Positions 26,849 to 36,182 of a stretch of DNA of 59,856 bases are shown piece by piece. The notes under the pieces are model-generated. The model saw only the letters and a list, made by a program, of their open reading frames with translations. It was not told the origin of the DNA and searched no databases. Numbering within the stretch: the first letter of the stretch is position 1; every line of letters begins with the position of its first letter. Origin of the DNA: Desulfotomaculaceae bacterium. GTDB lineage: Bacteria; Bacillota; Desulfotomaculia; Desulfotomaculales; Pelotomaculaceae. Position numbers and translations under genes: made by a program. The DNA lies in NCBI GenBank assembly GCA_028702435.1, contig JAQVOX010000001.1, forward strand, positions 1 through 59,856. The letters are read 5' to 3'.

Positions 26849-27262
26849 ATGGTTAAACAAATGTTTTTTAGCGCCGGCGAAGGGAGGTATCGGATCGACT
26901 TGTTGGTTTCGGTTACCGGGGATGGTCTGGTTGTACAGCTTTTTGGCGGTGAGAAGACTCATGTCGGTGCTGTAGCGATCGGTTTGCCCAGGCCAGGCCT
27001 CAGCGACCCGGCTAAAATTAGTTGTAATACAATTGTTATTCCCTTGCTGGGACACAAAGATGACGAGGTAGCAAAACCTGTAGCCGAGGAGATAGTTGTT
27101 GCCTGTGGCAAGCCTGTGGTAGTGGCGGCAGGCATTCACTTAGATCATGCCGGTCCGGGAGAGATCGAGACACTGGTAGAGAACTGTTTTGCCGCGGTAA
27201 GGTTGTTAATCGGTAGCCCGGCTTTAGCTGCTGTTATGATAAACGGGGGGAAAGGTGTTTGA
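26849..27262 (+). CDS. LpdD-like protein (prenylated-flavin chaperone family of UbiD-type decarboxylase systems)
   Basis: GGEKTHVGAVAIGLPRP, GHKDDEVAKPVAEEI, AAGIHLDHA..EI; similarity recalled by eye only. Confidence 0.5.
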   Translation: MVKQMFFSAGEGRYRIDLLVSVTGDGLVVQLFGGEKTHVGAVAIGLPRPGLSDPAKISCNTIVIPLLGHKDDEVAKPVAEEIVVACGKPVVVAAGIHLDHAGPGEIETLVENCFAAVRLLIGSPALAAVMINGGKGV

Positions 27263-27333
27263 TGGTTTAGTCGTAATTATATAATGCTCTACAGGCGCAT
27301 TTCTAGTTTTGTCGCGCCGGGTGTTCGGAAGAT

Positions 27334-27359
27334 AGCGGGCTGTACCCGCTTTTTATTTT
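27334..27359 (+). terminator. intrinsic terminator
   Basis: AGCGGG-ctgta-CCCGCT followed by TTTTTATTTT. Confidence 0.75.
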
Positions 27360-27421
27360 GACGTTTATTATGATAAAATACGCATAAATCCAAATAATTT
27401 CCGGGGAGAGATTCGAGCTTC

Positions 27422-28189
27422 ATGATTAATCCGGTTGCAATTCAAGTAGGCGCCTTTCCCATTTACTGGTATGGAATAATAATGACTGCTGCTTTCATTA
27501 TTGCTACGGCGCTAGCTTATCGTTTTGCCTTGCAAAGCGATATTAATCCGGAGCATATTTTTAATTTATTAATCCTAATCATTCCTGCGGCAATAATCGG
27601 AGCCAGGCTGTATTACGTCTTTTTTAGCTGGGAGGATTACAGCCATAACCTTCTGGACGTATTAGCCATCCGGCAGGGTGGATTGGCCATTCATGGCGGC
27701 CTGCTGGGGGGGGTGCTTGCCGGTTTCTATTATGTTAGAAAACATCATCTTGATTTTTGGAAAATGGCTGACATTCTTGCTCCCTGTATTATTCTTGGCC
27801 AGGCCATTGGCCGCTGGGGCAATTTTATCAACCAGGAAGCATTCGGTGGCCCCGTTTCCAGGGAATTTATTAACAGTTTCCCTGGCTTCATCCAGAAACA
27901 GATGTTTATCGGGGGGCAATACCACCACCCAACTTTTTTGTATGAATCTTTATGGAATTTGTTTGTCTTTATTGTTTTAATGGTTAGCCGTAAGCGGGTA
28001 AAGTTCCAGGGCCAGATTTTTTTATTATATTTGACTTTATATTCCACCGGTCGTTTTTTTATCGAGGGTCTGCGCACGGACAGTCTGATGTTGGGACCGG
28101 TGCGGGTGGCCCAACTAGTCAGCTTGTTCTTGCATGCAGTGGCGCTAGTGTTTTATAGAACCAAAAGAAGGAGGGCAAGTCAAACATAA
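27422..28189 (+). CDS. lgt: prolipoprotein diacylglyceryl transferase
   Basis: YWYGIIM, GARLYYV, HGGLLGG, GRWGNFINQEAFG, GRFFIEGLRTDS. Confidence 0.93.
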   Translation: MINPVAIQVGAFPIYWYGIIMTAAFIIATALAYRFALQSDINPEHIFNLLILIIPAAIIGARLYYVFFSWEDYSHNLLDVLAIRQGGLAIHGGLLGGVLAGFYYVRKHHLDFWKMADILAPCIILGQAIGRWGNFINQEAFGGPVSREFINSFPGFIQKQMFIGGQYHHPTFLYESLWNLFVFIVLMVSRKRVKFQGQIFLLYLTLYSTGRFFIEGLRTDSLMLGPVRVAQLVSLFLHAVALVFYRTKRRRASQT

Positions 28190-28246
28190 AATTTTTCAGA
28201 AGGTGCATACTTATTACAAAAGTTTTAAGCACCATTAAAAGGAGGA

Positions 28247-28486
28247 TTGGATAACTTGTTTTCTAGCCTTTTTGAGCATAGAGGGAGTGATTTGCTGGCG
28301 CGTGAACAGGCTTCTTTTTATGTTCGCGATGCCCAGAAAGGAACAGTAGAGATGGGAATGCTGCTCCAGCAAATAGCGTCTGTAGGGGCCGATCACCCCG
28401 AATTGTCCCAACCATGTTCCAAACTTTTGCAGCTCAACGCGCAGGTCGGAGACACCTTAGTACAGGCGCAAAATGCACTGAAATAG
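28247..28486 (+). CDS. hypothetical small helical protein
   Basis: ORF with AAGGAGG just upstream; the start is ambiguous (TTG 28247 or TTG 28256). I recognise no family. Confidence 0.35.
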   Translation: MDNLFSSLFEHRGSDLLAREQASFYVRDAQKGTVEMGMLLQQIASVGADHPELSQPCSKLLQLNAQVGDTLVQAQNALK

Positions 28487-28545
28487 CACAATTTGCCGGG
28501 GGGTGCATGTTGCCGCAGGTTTTGCGCGGTAAAACTGTTCTGTTC

Positions 28546-28574
28546 TTGACTTTTGGTTGAGGAACCTATAAAAT
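28546..28574 (+). promoter_or_regulatory. sigma-A type promoter for tRNA-Pro
   Basis: TTGACT (28546-28551), 17-nt spacer, TAAAAT (28569-28574). Confidence 0.5.
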
Positions 28575-28598
28575 AATTATTGTAATGTAAATTATTTT

Positions 28599-28676
28599 CG
28601 GGGCGTAGCTCAGTTTGGCTAGAGCGCTACCTTGGGGTGGTAGAGGTCGCACGTTCAAGTCGTGTCGCTCCGACCA
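28599..28676 (+). tRNA. tRNA-Pro (anticodon GGG), CCA encoded
   Basis: Hand-folded cloverleaf: acceptor CGGGGCG/CGCTCCG, D arm GCTC/GAGC, anticodon arm CTACC-TTGGGGT-GGTAG, T arm GCACG-TTCAAGT-CGTGT, discriminator A plus CCA. Confidence 0.93.
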
Positions 28677-28716
28677 ATGAAATTAAGGGGTTTAATGCCC
28701 TAGCGAATATTCCCAT

Positions 28717-28766
28717 AAAGAGAGATTCATCTAATCACATTTAGATGAAGCTCTCTTTATTTTTTT
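28717..28766 (+). terminator. intrinsic terminator after tRNA-Pro
   Basis: 18-bp hairpin AAAGAGAGATTCATCTAA/TTAGATGAAGCTCTCTTT with one mismatch, followed by ATTTTTTT. Confidence 0.85.
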
Positions 28767-28878
28767 CAAGATTCATTTTTCTTGCTGCTACTGAGGGGTG
28801 GTGAGAGGTTTCTTTGCCAATAGAGTTATTGTATAATGTCTAACATGGAATTAGAGTCAGAAGGGGAGACAAGATCAT

Positions 28879-30099
28879 ATGGTGGCAAAAATTCAAATGC
28901 AGGCGCCGTTGGTTGAGATAGACGGCGACGAGATGACCAGGGTGATCTGGCAGTATATCAAAGACATTTTATTGACGCCTCACATAGACTTAAAAACAGT
29001 ATACTATGACCTGAGACTAAAAAAAAGAGATGAATCTGATGATCGGATTACGGTAGAAGCGGCGGAGGCCACTAAAAAGTACGGGGTAGCGGTCAAATGC
29101 GCCACGATCACGCCTAATGCCCAGCGGGTCAAGGAATATAACCTGAAGCAGATGTGGAAAAGCCCCAACGGCACAATCCGGGCCATTTTGGACGGGACGG
29201 TTTTTCGCGCGCCCATAATCGTAAAGAATATCAAACCCTTTGTGAAAACATGGGAAAAACCGATTACGATCGCCCGGCATGCCTACGGTGATATTTACAA
29301 GGGGGTGGAAATGAAGGTCGAAACCGGCGGGATGGCGGAAATTGTTTTCACCGGTGAGGACGGGCAACAAATGCGGGAGGTCATCCATGAATTTGCCGGC
29401 CCCGGCATGATCATGGCTATGCACAACCTGGACCAGTCCATCGCCAGTTTTGCCAGATCCTGCTTCAACTACGCGCTGGACCAAAAGCAGGACCTGTGGT
29501 TTGCAACCAAGGACACTATCTCCAAAAAATATGATCATAATTTTAAAGATATTTTTCAAGATATCTTTGACGCCGAGTATCGGGAAAAGTTTTCCGAGGC
29601 GGGCATCGAGTACTTTTACACGCTGATTGACGACGCTGTGGCCCGGGTCATCCGCAGTCCGGGCGGGTTTATTTGGGCTTGCAAAAACTACGACGGCGAC
29701 GTGATGTCGGATATGGTGGCCACGGCCTTTGGCAGCCTGGCCATGATGACCTCGGTTCTGGTGTCACCCGATGGCTTTTACGAATTTGAGGCGGCCCACG
29801 GCACGGTGACCAGGCACTATTACCAGTATCAAAAGGGTGAAGAAACTTCCACCAACCCGGTGGCCACCCTATTTGCCTGGACCGGGGCACTGCGGAAAAG
29901 AGGCGAAATGGACGGCGCCGATCGCCTGGCTCAATTTGCCGGCGTCCTGGAAGAAGCCGCCATTGACACTATTGAAGCCGGGATCATGACCAAAGATCTG
30001 GCTTTACTCGCGGCAGGCGACAAGAAAGTAGTCACCACCCGGGAGTTCCTGGAGGCAGTCAATGCCCGCTTGGGGCAAAGTTTATGTGAACATGTATAA
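28879..30099 (+). CDS. icd: NADP-dependent isocitrate dehydrogenase, eukaryote-like (IDH1/2-type) homodimeric subfamily
   Basis: [49 protein letters not shown]. Confidence 0.93.
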   Translation: MVAKIQMQAPLVEIDGDEMTRVIWQYIKDILLTPHIDLKTVYYDLRLKKRDESDDRITVEAAEATKKYGVAVKCATITPNAQRVKEYNLKQMWKSPNGTIRAILDGTVFRAPIIVKNIKPFVKTWEKPITIARHAYGDIYKGVEMKVETGGMAEIVFTGEDGQQMREVIHEFAGPGMIMAMHNLDQSIASFARSCFNYALDQKQDLWFATKDTISKKYDHNFKDIFQDIFDAEYREKFSEAGIEYFYTLIDDAVARVIRSPGGFIWACKNYDGDVMSDMVATAFGSLAMMTSVLVSPDGFYEFEAAHGTVTRHYYQYQKGEETSTNPVATLFAWTGALRKRGEMDGADRLAQFAGVLEEAAIDTIEAGIMTKDLALLAAGDKKVVTTREFLEAVNARLGQSLCEHV

Positions 30100-30131
30100 C
30101 TCTGGGGTGAGCCCTGGAGTGGTATAAATAA

Positions 30132-30165
30132 GCAGGGGCAGAAGATCCTGTTCTTCTGCCCCTGC
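30132..30165. terminator. bidirectional hairpin terminator between convergent icd and hcp
   Basis: 14-bp perfect stem GCAGGGGCAGAAGA/TCTTCTGCCCCTGC. Confidence 0.8.
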
Positions 30166-30179
30166 TGCAAGCATGGTTA

Positions 30180-31733
30180 TTAGCCGAGGATTGCCTGTAA
30201 GTCCGCTTCCGGGGTGCTAATGGGCTTGATATTGAATTTATCCACCAAAATGTTCAGCACATTTGGAGAAATAAACGCCGGTAGGGTGGGACCGAGATAG
30301 ATGTCCTTGATCTCTAACGACAACAGCGTCAGTAAGACGCAAACGGCTTTCTGTTCGAACCACGATAGAACAATCGACAGGGGGAGTTCGTTGACCCCGC
30401 AGTTAAACGCGCCGGCTAGCGCCACCGCTACTTGAATGGCGGAATAAGCGTCATTGCACTGGCCCATGTCCATTATCCGTGGCAAACCGCCAATTTCACC
30501 GATGTTGAGGTCATTAAAGCGGTATTTACCGCAGCCAAGGGTGAGCACGACCGTGTCCGGAGGCGTCTTTTTCACAAAATCAGTGTAGTAACTTCTGCTT
30601 GTCCTGGCGCCGTCGCAACCGCCCACCAGGAAGAAATGCTTGATCGCGCCGGCCTTGACGGCGTCAATCACCTTGTCGGCCACGCCCAGCACGGTGTTGT
30701 GGGCAAACCCGGTCATTAGCTCGGAGCCACCGTTGATCCCGGTTAGGTTTTGGTCTTCAGCCCACCCGCCCAGTTCCAGCGCCTTATTGATTACCGGGGT
30801 GAAATCCTTGACCCCGTTTTCCCCTTTAATGTGAGTGACACCCGGATAGCCGACCGCGTCGGTGGTAAAGATCCGGTCTGAGTAAGACGGCCGGGGCGGC
30901 ATCAGGCAGTTAGTGGTATAGAGCACCGCACCGGGTATATTGTCAAATTCTTGGCGCTGGTTCTGCCAGGCCGTACCGAAATTGCCTTTCAGGTGGGCAT
31001 ATTGCTTTAGCTCCGGGTAGCCGTGGGCCGGAAGCATTTCCCCGTGGGTGTAAATGTTAATGCCCTTACCCTCAGTCTGCGCCAGGAGCTGTTTTAAGTC
31101 ATGCAGGTCGTGGCCGGTGACTACAATGAACGGTCCCTTGTTAATCGTTGTCGGGACTTTAACCGGAACAGGATGCCCGTAAGTCGAGGTGTTGGCCTGG
31201 TCGAGCAGGGCCATGCATTTGAGGTTAACCTGTCCAAACTCCATGAGAAGGTCCAGCCACTCTGCGGGCGTATGCTCTTCACCGATGGCGCGCATGCCTT
31301 GGTAAAACCAGGCGGTCACCTCGTCATCTGTAAAGCCCAGGACGTGGGCGTGCCAGGCGTAAGCAGCCATGCCGCGGAGCCCGAAAAGAAGGGTGGAGCG
31401 AAGCGATACCACGTCAGGGTCACCCTGCCAAAGGTCATTGACGTCTGGGTCCGCTGCACCACCTAATGCTTCTTTTTTAGTCTGAGCAAGGTCCTTGAGC
31501 TCGTCAATACGGCTTCCATCGAAGTTGACGTTAGTGATTGCAGCAAAAAGACCCTGCATCATCAGTTTGTCTGTGTCCTGATCCGGGTTTTGGCCCAGTG
31601 CGGCACGGGCCAGACCGACCAGCGCGCAGGTCAACTCGTCTAACTTTGCGGCGATATCCGGCTGTTTGCCGCATACGCCTACTTTGGTGCATCCTTTGCC
31701 CCCGACGGTTTGCTCACATTGAAAACAAAACAT
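30180..31733 (-). CDS. hcp: hybrid cluster protein (hydroxylamine reductase)
   Basis: MFCFQCEQTVGGKGCTKVGVCGK N-terminal cluster motif; the rest is Hcp-like throughout (GHDL, GGCDG, MGQCNDA). Confidence 0.95.
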   Translation of the reverse strand: MFCFQCEQTVGGKGCTKVGVCGKQPDIAAKLDELTCALVGLARAALGQNPDQDTDKLMMQGLFAAITNVNFDGSRIDELKDLAQTKKEALGGAADPDVNDLWQGDPDVVSLRSTLLFGLRGMAAYAWHAHVLGFTDDEVTAWFYQGMRAIGEEHTPAEWLDLLMEFGQVNLKCMALLDQANTSTYGHPVPVKVPTTINKGPFIVVTGHDLHDLKQLLAQTEGKGINIYTHGEMLPAHGYPELKQYAHLKGNFGTAWQNQRQEFDNIPGAVLYTTNCLMPPRPSYSDRIFTTDAVGYPGVTHIKGENGVKDFTPVINKALELGGWAEDQNLTGINGGSELMTGFAHNTVLGVADKVIDAVKAGAIKHFFLVGGCDGARTSRSYYTDFVKKTPPDTVVLTLGCGKYRFNDLNIGEIGGLPRIMDMGQCNDAYSAIQVAVALAGAFNCGVNELPLSIVLSWFEQKAVCVLLTLLSLEIKDIYLGPTLPAFISPNVLNILVDKFNIKPISTPEADLQAILG

Positions 31734-31854
31734 AGTGTGTACCTCCTTAAAATTTTTTTGTACTGTTCATAATTTTTAAACTAATTTTTTCCGCTGTCAT
31801 CTTAGAAAGCTTTTCACCGTTAAGGCTTACTTACCAGCGTCATTTTGTAAAGTT

Positions 31855-31860
31855 ATTATA
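31855..31860 (-). promoter_or_regulatory. predicted -10 box of the hcp promoter
   Basis: TATAAT on the minus strand. It overlaps a plus-strand TATAAT (31857-31862) within ATTATAAT. Confidence 0.4.
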
Positions 31861-31882
31861 ATCTATTAAAAATATAAATACG

Positions 31883-31896
31883 GTAACTGTAGTTAC
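31883..31896. promoter_or_regulatory. perfect palindrome GTAAC-TGTA-GTTAC, candidate Crp/Fnr (HcpR-type) operator
   Basis: 5-4-5 Fnr-like architecture. Its centre lies 41.5 nt upstream of the TSS implied by the minus-strand -10 box, and it ends 22 nt before the regulator ATG. Confidence 0.5.
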
Positions 31897-31918
31897 TAAA
31901 AAGCAAAGGTGGGTGAAA

Positions 31919-32680
31919 ATGATTAACAAGTGGGTGAAAGTTTTTCCCCAGTGCGCATTATTTAAGGACATCAGCCCGGAAGATTTGAGCCTTGTGTTTG
32001 GATGCCTGCAGCCTAAGATACAAAGTTATGAAAAGAATGAATACGTAACCATTGCCGGCGACGATTTCACCGGTGTCGGGATAGTGCTGGCCGGTGAGGT
32101 GGTAGTGTCCAAAGAAAATACAGCCGGAAACCGGATTATTATGGCGGTAAATAGCCCAGGCGAGTTATTTGGTGAGATAGCGGCGTTTTCAGGGGAAGGA
32201 GTATGGCTGGTCACAGTAGAGGCCCGGGAAGCATGCACGGTTATGTTCTTGCCGGCGGGGAAGATCGTCAGCAGTTGTGAAAGATCATGTGCGAGCCACC
32301 AGCAGTTAATTGTGAACATGCTCCATATCTTTTCGGATAAAGCCCGCGTGCTGCACCGGAAGGTAGAATACCTGGCGATTAAGAGCTTGCGTGGAAAAAT
32401 TAGCGCTTTTCTTTTAGAACATTATCAAAAGACCGGTAACGACATTTTGGTAATGCCTCTGAAACGGAATGAGCTGGCGGATTTCTTGAACGTTACCCGC
32501 CCGGCTCTTTCACGCGAGATGAGCAGGTTGAGGGATGAGGGAGTTATAGATTTTCAAAGGGATGCGATAAAAATTAAGTCGGTAGACACCTTAAAAAGTA
32601 TCGCTGGTCTGGGGGATTATTCCGTCACCAAAAAAAAGGAAACGACCCCCCGTGGATTAATGTTGTCAAGTAGGTTCTAG
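31919..32680 (+). CDS. Crp/Fnr family transcriptional regulator (HcpR-like by divergent position to hcp)
   Basis: cNMP-binding-like beta-roll (GELFGEIA) and C-terminal HTH (ELADFLNVTRPALSREMSRLRDEGVI). I moved the start to ATG 31919 (RBS AAGGTGG). Confidence 0.8.
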   Translation: MINKWVKVFPQCALFKDISPEDLSLVFGCLQPKIQSYEKNEYVTIAGDDFTGVGIVLAGEVVVSKENTAGNRIIMAVNSPGELFGEIAAFSGEGVWLVTVEAREACTVMFLPAGKIVSSCERSCASHQQLIVNMLHIFSDKARVLHRKVEYLAIKSLRGKISAFLLEHYQKTGNDILVMPLKRNELADFLNVTRPALSREMSRLRDEGVIDFQRDAIKIKSVDTLKSIAGLGDYSVTKKKETTPRGLMLSSRF

Positions 32681-32788
32681 AACTCAAGGTATGCTAAATA
32701 GCTCTGGTAATGGAAACAATGGTGTTGAATATGGTGGAATAAGTTGACTAAACTATCCCGATCAAATAAAAACGAGGGAGGAAATTTT

Positions 32789-34387
32789 TTGAATAACAAA
32801 GACATCAATTTTGCACCCAAGATAATCAGTGATTACTTTATTGAATTAACAAAAAAATCCCACCCGTCAGGCGGGGAAGATCCGCTTCGCCAATGGGTCA
32901 TTGAAAAAGTTACGGCTGTTCAAAATAAATATACCGACAACAGAGGTAAGGTCAAAGTCAAATTTTATCACCCGGAAGCAAAAGAACCGGGCGAGCGAAT
33001 AATTTTGCTGCAGCGAGAGGGTTCCAACCTTTATGTAGACAAATTGCCAATTATTTTGCAGGCTCATTTGGATATGGTAGCAGTTCCCGGTGAAAAAATT
33101 TTCCCGTTAAAATTAGATAAATATATAGAGAACAACAACACCTGGCTTAGAGCCCTAAAGGATCTTGAACATCCTGAAAAAGGGGGTACAACTCTTGGCG
33201 CGGATGACGGCATTGGGGTAGCTGCAATTTTATCTGTCTTAGAAGAAGAGACCTTGCAAGATGCGCCTTTGGAGTGCCTATTCACCGTTCAGGAAGAAAC
33301 CGACATGGCCTGCGCCAGGAATTTTGATGTAAATCTACTTACCGGTTCAAAATTCATCAATCTTGATGCGGCGGATTTAAAAGTAATTATCTATGGCAGC
33401 GCCGGCGGCTGCGCCAGTGTATATAAAAGAAAAGTTGTCTGTAGAGAAAGTATGGAGAGTAGCCAAACCTTCCGCATTTCCGTGGCAGGGTTAAAAAGCG
33501 GCCACTCCGGAGCCGATATAAATAAAGGCAGACAAAATGCCATTAAAATTATCACGGATATATTGGTAAGATTAAATGGCAGGATAAACCGGATTAATGC
33601 TGCCGGCAGGATCAATAGTTACGATTTGCTCCTGCACACTATTAAAAGAACTGACCGAGTAGTGCAGAATTCAATTCCTGCCGGAGCGGAAGCAGTGGTT
33701 TCTGTTCCGGTTGCTCAGGCAGATAATTTCGTTGAGGATATTAATAAATTATTGGATTTAACAAGAGCGGCAAATATGCCTATTGAAGATCAATTAAGTA
33801 CTTCGGTAAGGGTTGCCGACTCTAGAGAGTTGCCAATGACGGCGGCCTGCACTGATTCTGCGCTGCTCTTGCTGAAGCAATTGCCGCATGGTGTGATTAG
33901 TATGATCCCGGCCCGCCCTGACCTTGTGGAAACATCAACTAATCTTTTCGACGTCGCAATTTGTGCTGGCGAGCTGCAAATCAGATCTTTTAACCGGAGT
34001 TCCAACACAGAAGCTCTTTCATGCTTAAATAACATTCAAATGAATATGGCCGGGTGTCTTGGCTTTGAACCAACAATTAACATTGATCATTTTCCGCTAT
34101 GGCAGCCTGATGATTCTTCTGAGCTTTTGCAAACTGCAAAATCAGTTTATCAAGAAATATATGGTCCCGAGGCGGAAGCAACAGTAATCCACGCCGGCCT
34201 GGAATGCGGGTGGATTATGGAAAGGTGCGGTACCAAAGTCGAGTGCATCTCTATTGGACCCACAATTCAAGATCTTCATTCCGAAAATGAAAGTCTACAA
34301 CTAGAGGATAACGGGACAAACACCATAGAATCCTATTACCATGCCGTGCTCAAAATAATTTTAAATTCTTTGGCCGGGCAAGGCTGA
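32789..34387 (+). CDS. pepD: aminoacyl-histidine dipeptidase (M20C, PepD-type)
   Basis: LQAHLDMV, GADDGIGVAA, FTVQEETDM, HAGLECG. I moved the start to TTG 32789 (RBS GAGGGAGG). Confidence 0.88.
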   Translation: MNNKDINFAPKIISDYFIELTKKSHPSGGEDPLRQWVIEKVTAVQNKYTDNRGKVKVKFYHPEAKEPGERIILLQREGSNLYVDKLPIILQAHLDMVAVPGEKIFPLKLDKYIENNNTWLRALKDLEHPEKGGTTLGADDGIGVAAILSVLEEETLQDAPLECLFTVQEETDMACARNFDVNLLTGSKFINLDAADLKVIIYGSAGGCASVYKRKVVCRESMESSQTFRISVAGLKSGHSGADINKGRQNAIKIITDILVRLNGRINRINAAGRINSYDLLLHTIKRTDRVVQNSIPAGAEAVVSVPVAQADNFVEDINKLLDLTRAANMPIEDQLSTSVRVADSRELPMTAACTDSALLLLKQLPHGVISMIPARPDLVETSTNLFDVAICAGELQIRSFNRSSNTEALSCLNNIQMNMAGCLGFEPTINIDHFPLWQPDDSSELLQTAKSVYQEIYGPEAEATVIHAGLECGWIMERCGTKVECISIGPTIQDLHSENESLQLEDNGTNTIESYYHAVLKIILNSLAGQG

Positions 34388-34494
34388 TAAATAATAGCCG
34401 CCCGGAGTTCCTCTATAACTAACGCTCCGGAAAAAAAGGAAATAACCCTCCTATGGAGTATTAATTAATTAAAATATGTATGGGGAGGGATTCC

Positions 34495-35196
34495 ATGAGA
34501 AAATATTTTTCGCTTGTGCTGCTGCTGGTATTTGTTTCTTGTCTGTTATTGACAGGCTGCGGTTCCAGCAAAAAAGAAACCGCCGGCAATAATGCGCAGA
34601 CTTACAGTGACGAACCGCTTACCGAACTTTTTGCCCGGGGTGAAAATATTGAAGGTATTTCTTTTGATTACCATGTTACCTCGCAGGATTTAACAACGAA
34701 TGGGAAAATGTGGATAGATGGTGAAAGGATAAAAAACGAATCCTCTGTAGAGGGGAAGCAGATCGTATCTATCATTGACGGTAATACGTATTTCACCTAT
34801 TCCCCGGACGAAAATATGGCAATGAAAATGGTTCTCGATCAGCAAAAAAATGAAACCTCCCAAAACCCCTTTGATTACGGTAAAGATGTCGATACTAGTC
34901 CGGACAAATATAAAGTGCTGGACAGAACAGTATACGACGGGGTCATGTGTAAGGTAGTAGCAGTTACTGGTGCTGACGGAAAAGAAAATCTGAAGATGTG
35001 GGTACGGGAAGATTACGGTTTTCCTATTCGTCTGGAAATAGTTGAAGCAGACGCCGGCAAGGTGGTTATTGAGTATAAGAATATTAAAATTGAAAAACAA
35101 CCGGTGGAAATATTCCAGCTACCGGCAGGTGTGAACATAACCGATGCGAGTGACATGCTTAAGGGTTTGTCTGATTTGCCGGGTATCGGGCAGTAA
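34495..35196 (+). CDS. putative lipoprotein, LolA-like/DUF4367-like fold
   Basis: Signal peptide with lipobox LLTGC. The beta-rich body (GKMWIDGERIKNE...DGNTYFTYSP...MWVREDYGFPIRLE) resembles lipoprotein-carrier folds. Confidence 0.7.
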   Translation: MRKYFSLVLLLVFVSCLLLTGCGSSKKETAGNNAQTYSDEPLTELFARGENIEGISFDYHVTSQDLTTNGKMWIDGERIKNESSVEGKQIVSIIDGNTYFTYSPDENMAMKMVLDQQKNETSQNPFDYGKDVDTSPDKYKVLDRTVYDGVMCKVVAVTGADGKENLKMWVREDYGFPIRLEIVEADAGKVVIEYKNIKIEKQPVEIFQLPAGVNITDASDMLKGLSDLPGIGQ

Positions 35197-35197
35197 A

Positions 35198-35335
35198 ATG
35201 AAAAAAACAATCTTTAGGCTTTTTCTATTAGGAACCTCTCTGCTATCAGTTGCTTTTGGAGTTAGGCGCGGTGAGGTGGAGGAAGTCATGCAAAAAGCGA
35301 TTAATCTTTGCCTGGAGTGCATTGGCATTGGCTGA
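35198..35335 (+). CDS. 45-aa membrane micro-protein with C-terminal CLECIGIG (CD1871A-like CXXC family, from memory)
   Basis: MKKTIFRLFLLGTSLLSVAFGVRRGEVEEVMQKAINLCLECIGIG. The ATG is 1 nt after the upstream stop. It falls below the ORF-track size once trimmed to this start. Confidence 0.65.
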   Translation: MKKTIFRLFLLGTSLLSVAFGVRRGEVEEVMQKAINLCLECIGIG

Positions 35336-36182
35336 TTTAAAGCGGAAAGCAGTCCAGTTTACCTCTGCCATATTGTTCAATAGCCATGCGGAGGGCTTTG
35401 CCAGGGGTACTATTTACCGTGGAAATATGAAACAATTCTGCCTGCCGGTGCTAAACTGCTATTCCTGCCCGGGCGCCATCGGTTCCTGCCCGATCGGGTC
35501 GCTGCAGGCCGTGGCTGCCGGGATCACCTACCAGTTTTCTTTCTACGTGGCCGGCTTTCTGGCCCTGGTGGGGCTGGTTGTCGGTAAAATGGCCTGTGGC
35601 TGGCTATGCCCCTTCGGCTTGCTGCAAGACCTGCTCTACCGTATCCCGTCTTTCAAAGGGGTACTGCCGCTGTGGACCCGCTACTTTAAGTATGCCGTGA
35701 TGGTTTTCTTGATTCTGCTGCTGCCGGCGCTAGCCGTCGATCAGTTCGGCCTTGGCGCCCCATTATTTTGCAAGTGGCTTTGCCCGGCAGGCACACTGGA
35801 GGCTGCCCTGCCTCTTGCTATAGCCAGCGAAGGGATTAGGAATGCGTTAGGTGCACTCTTTTATTGGCGCCTGGCGTGGCTATTGCTAATCATTTTTTTG
35901 TGTGTGATATTTCAAAGAGCATTTTGTCTTACGCTCTGCCCTCTTGGGGCTATCTATTCCGTATTTAACCGGATCAGTATCTTCAGCATACGCCTTGATG
36001 AAAAACTGTGCACAAAGTGCGGCCGCTGCGCAGAGGTATGTCACCTTAGACTTCCGGAGATTGCCGGACCCAATCACCCGGAATGCATCCGCTGTCTGAA
36101 ATGCGTAAAAAGTTGCCCTACGGGAGCAATGGACTGGCACATAGACGTTTTAGGTAAAAAGGAGGAGCAAAAATGTGTTTAA
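35328..36182 (+). CDS. NapH/MauN-like integral-membrane polyferredoxin (4Fe-4S binding protein)
   Basis: NCYSCPGAIGSCPIGSLQ; three CxxxCP(F/A/L)G motifs (CGWLCPFG, CKWLCPAG, CLTLCPLG); C-terminal CTKCGRCAEVC and CIRCLKCVKSCP. The start is uncertain; TTG 35328 overlaps the micro-protein stop. Confidence 0.85.
   Translation: MADLKRKAVQFTSAILFNSHAEGFARGTIYRGNMKQFCLPVLNCYSCPGAIGSCPIGSLQAVAAGITYQFSFYVAGFLALVGLVVGKMACGWLCPFGLLQDLLYRIPSFKGVLPLWTRYFKYAVMVFLILLLPALAVDQFGLGAPLFCKWLCPAGTLEAALPLAIASEGIRNALGALFYWRLAWLLLIIFLCVIFQRAFCLTLCPLGAIYSVFNRISIFSIRLDEKLCTKCGRCAEVCHLRLPEIAGPNHPECIRCLKCVKSCPTGAMDWHIDVLGKKEEQKCV

Noticed and set aside
28190-28204. CodY-box-like sequence AATTTTTCAGAAGGT after lgt.
   Set aside because: It has about four mismatches to AATTTTCWGAAAATT in AT-rich DNA. 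That is expected by chance, and there is no supporting context.
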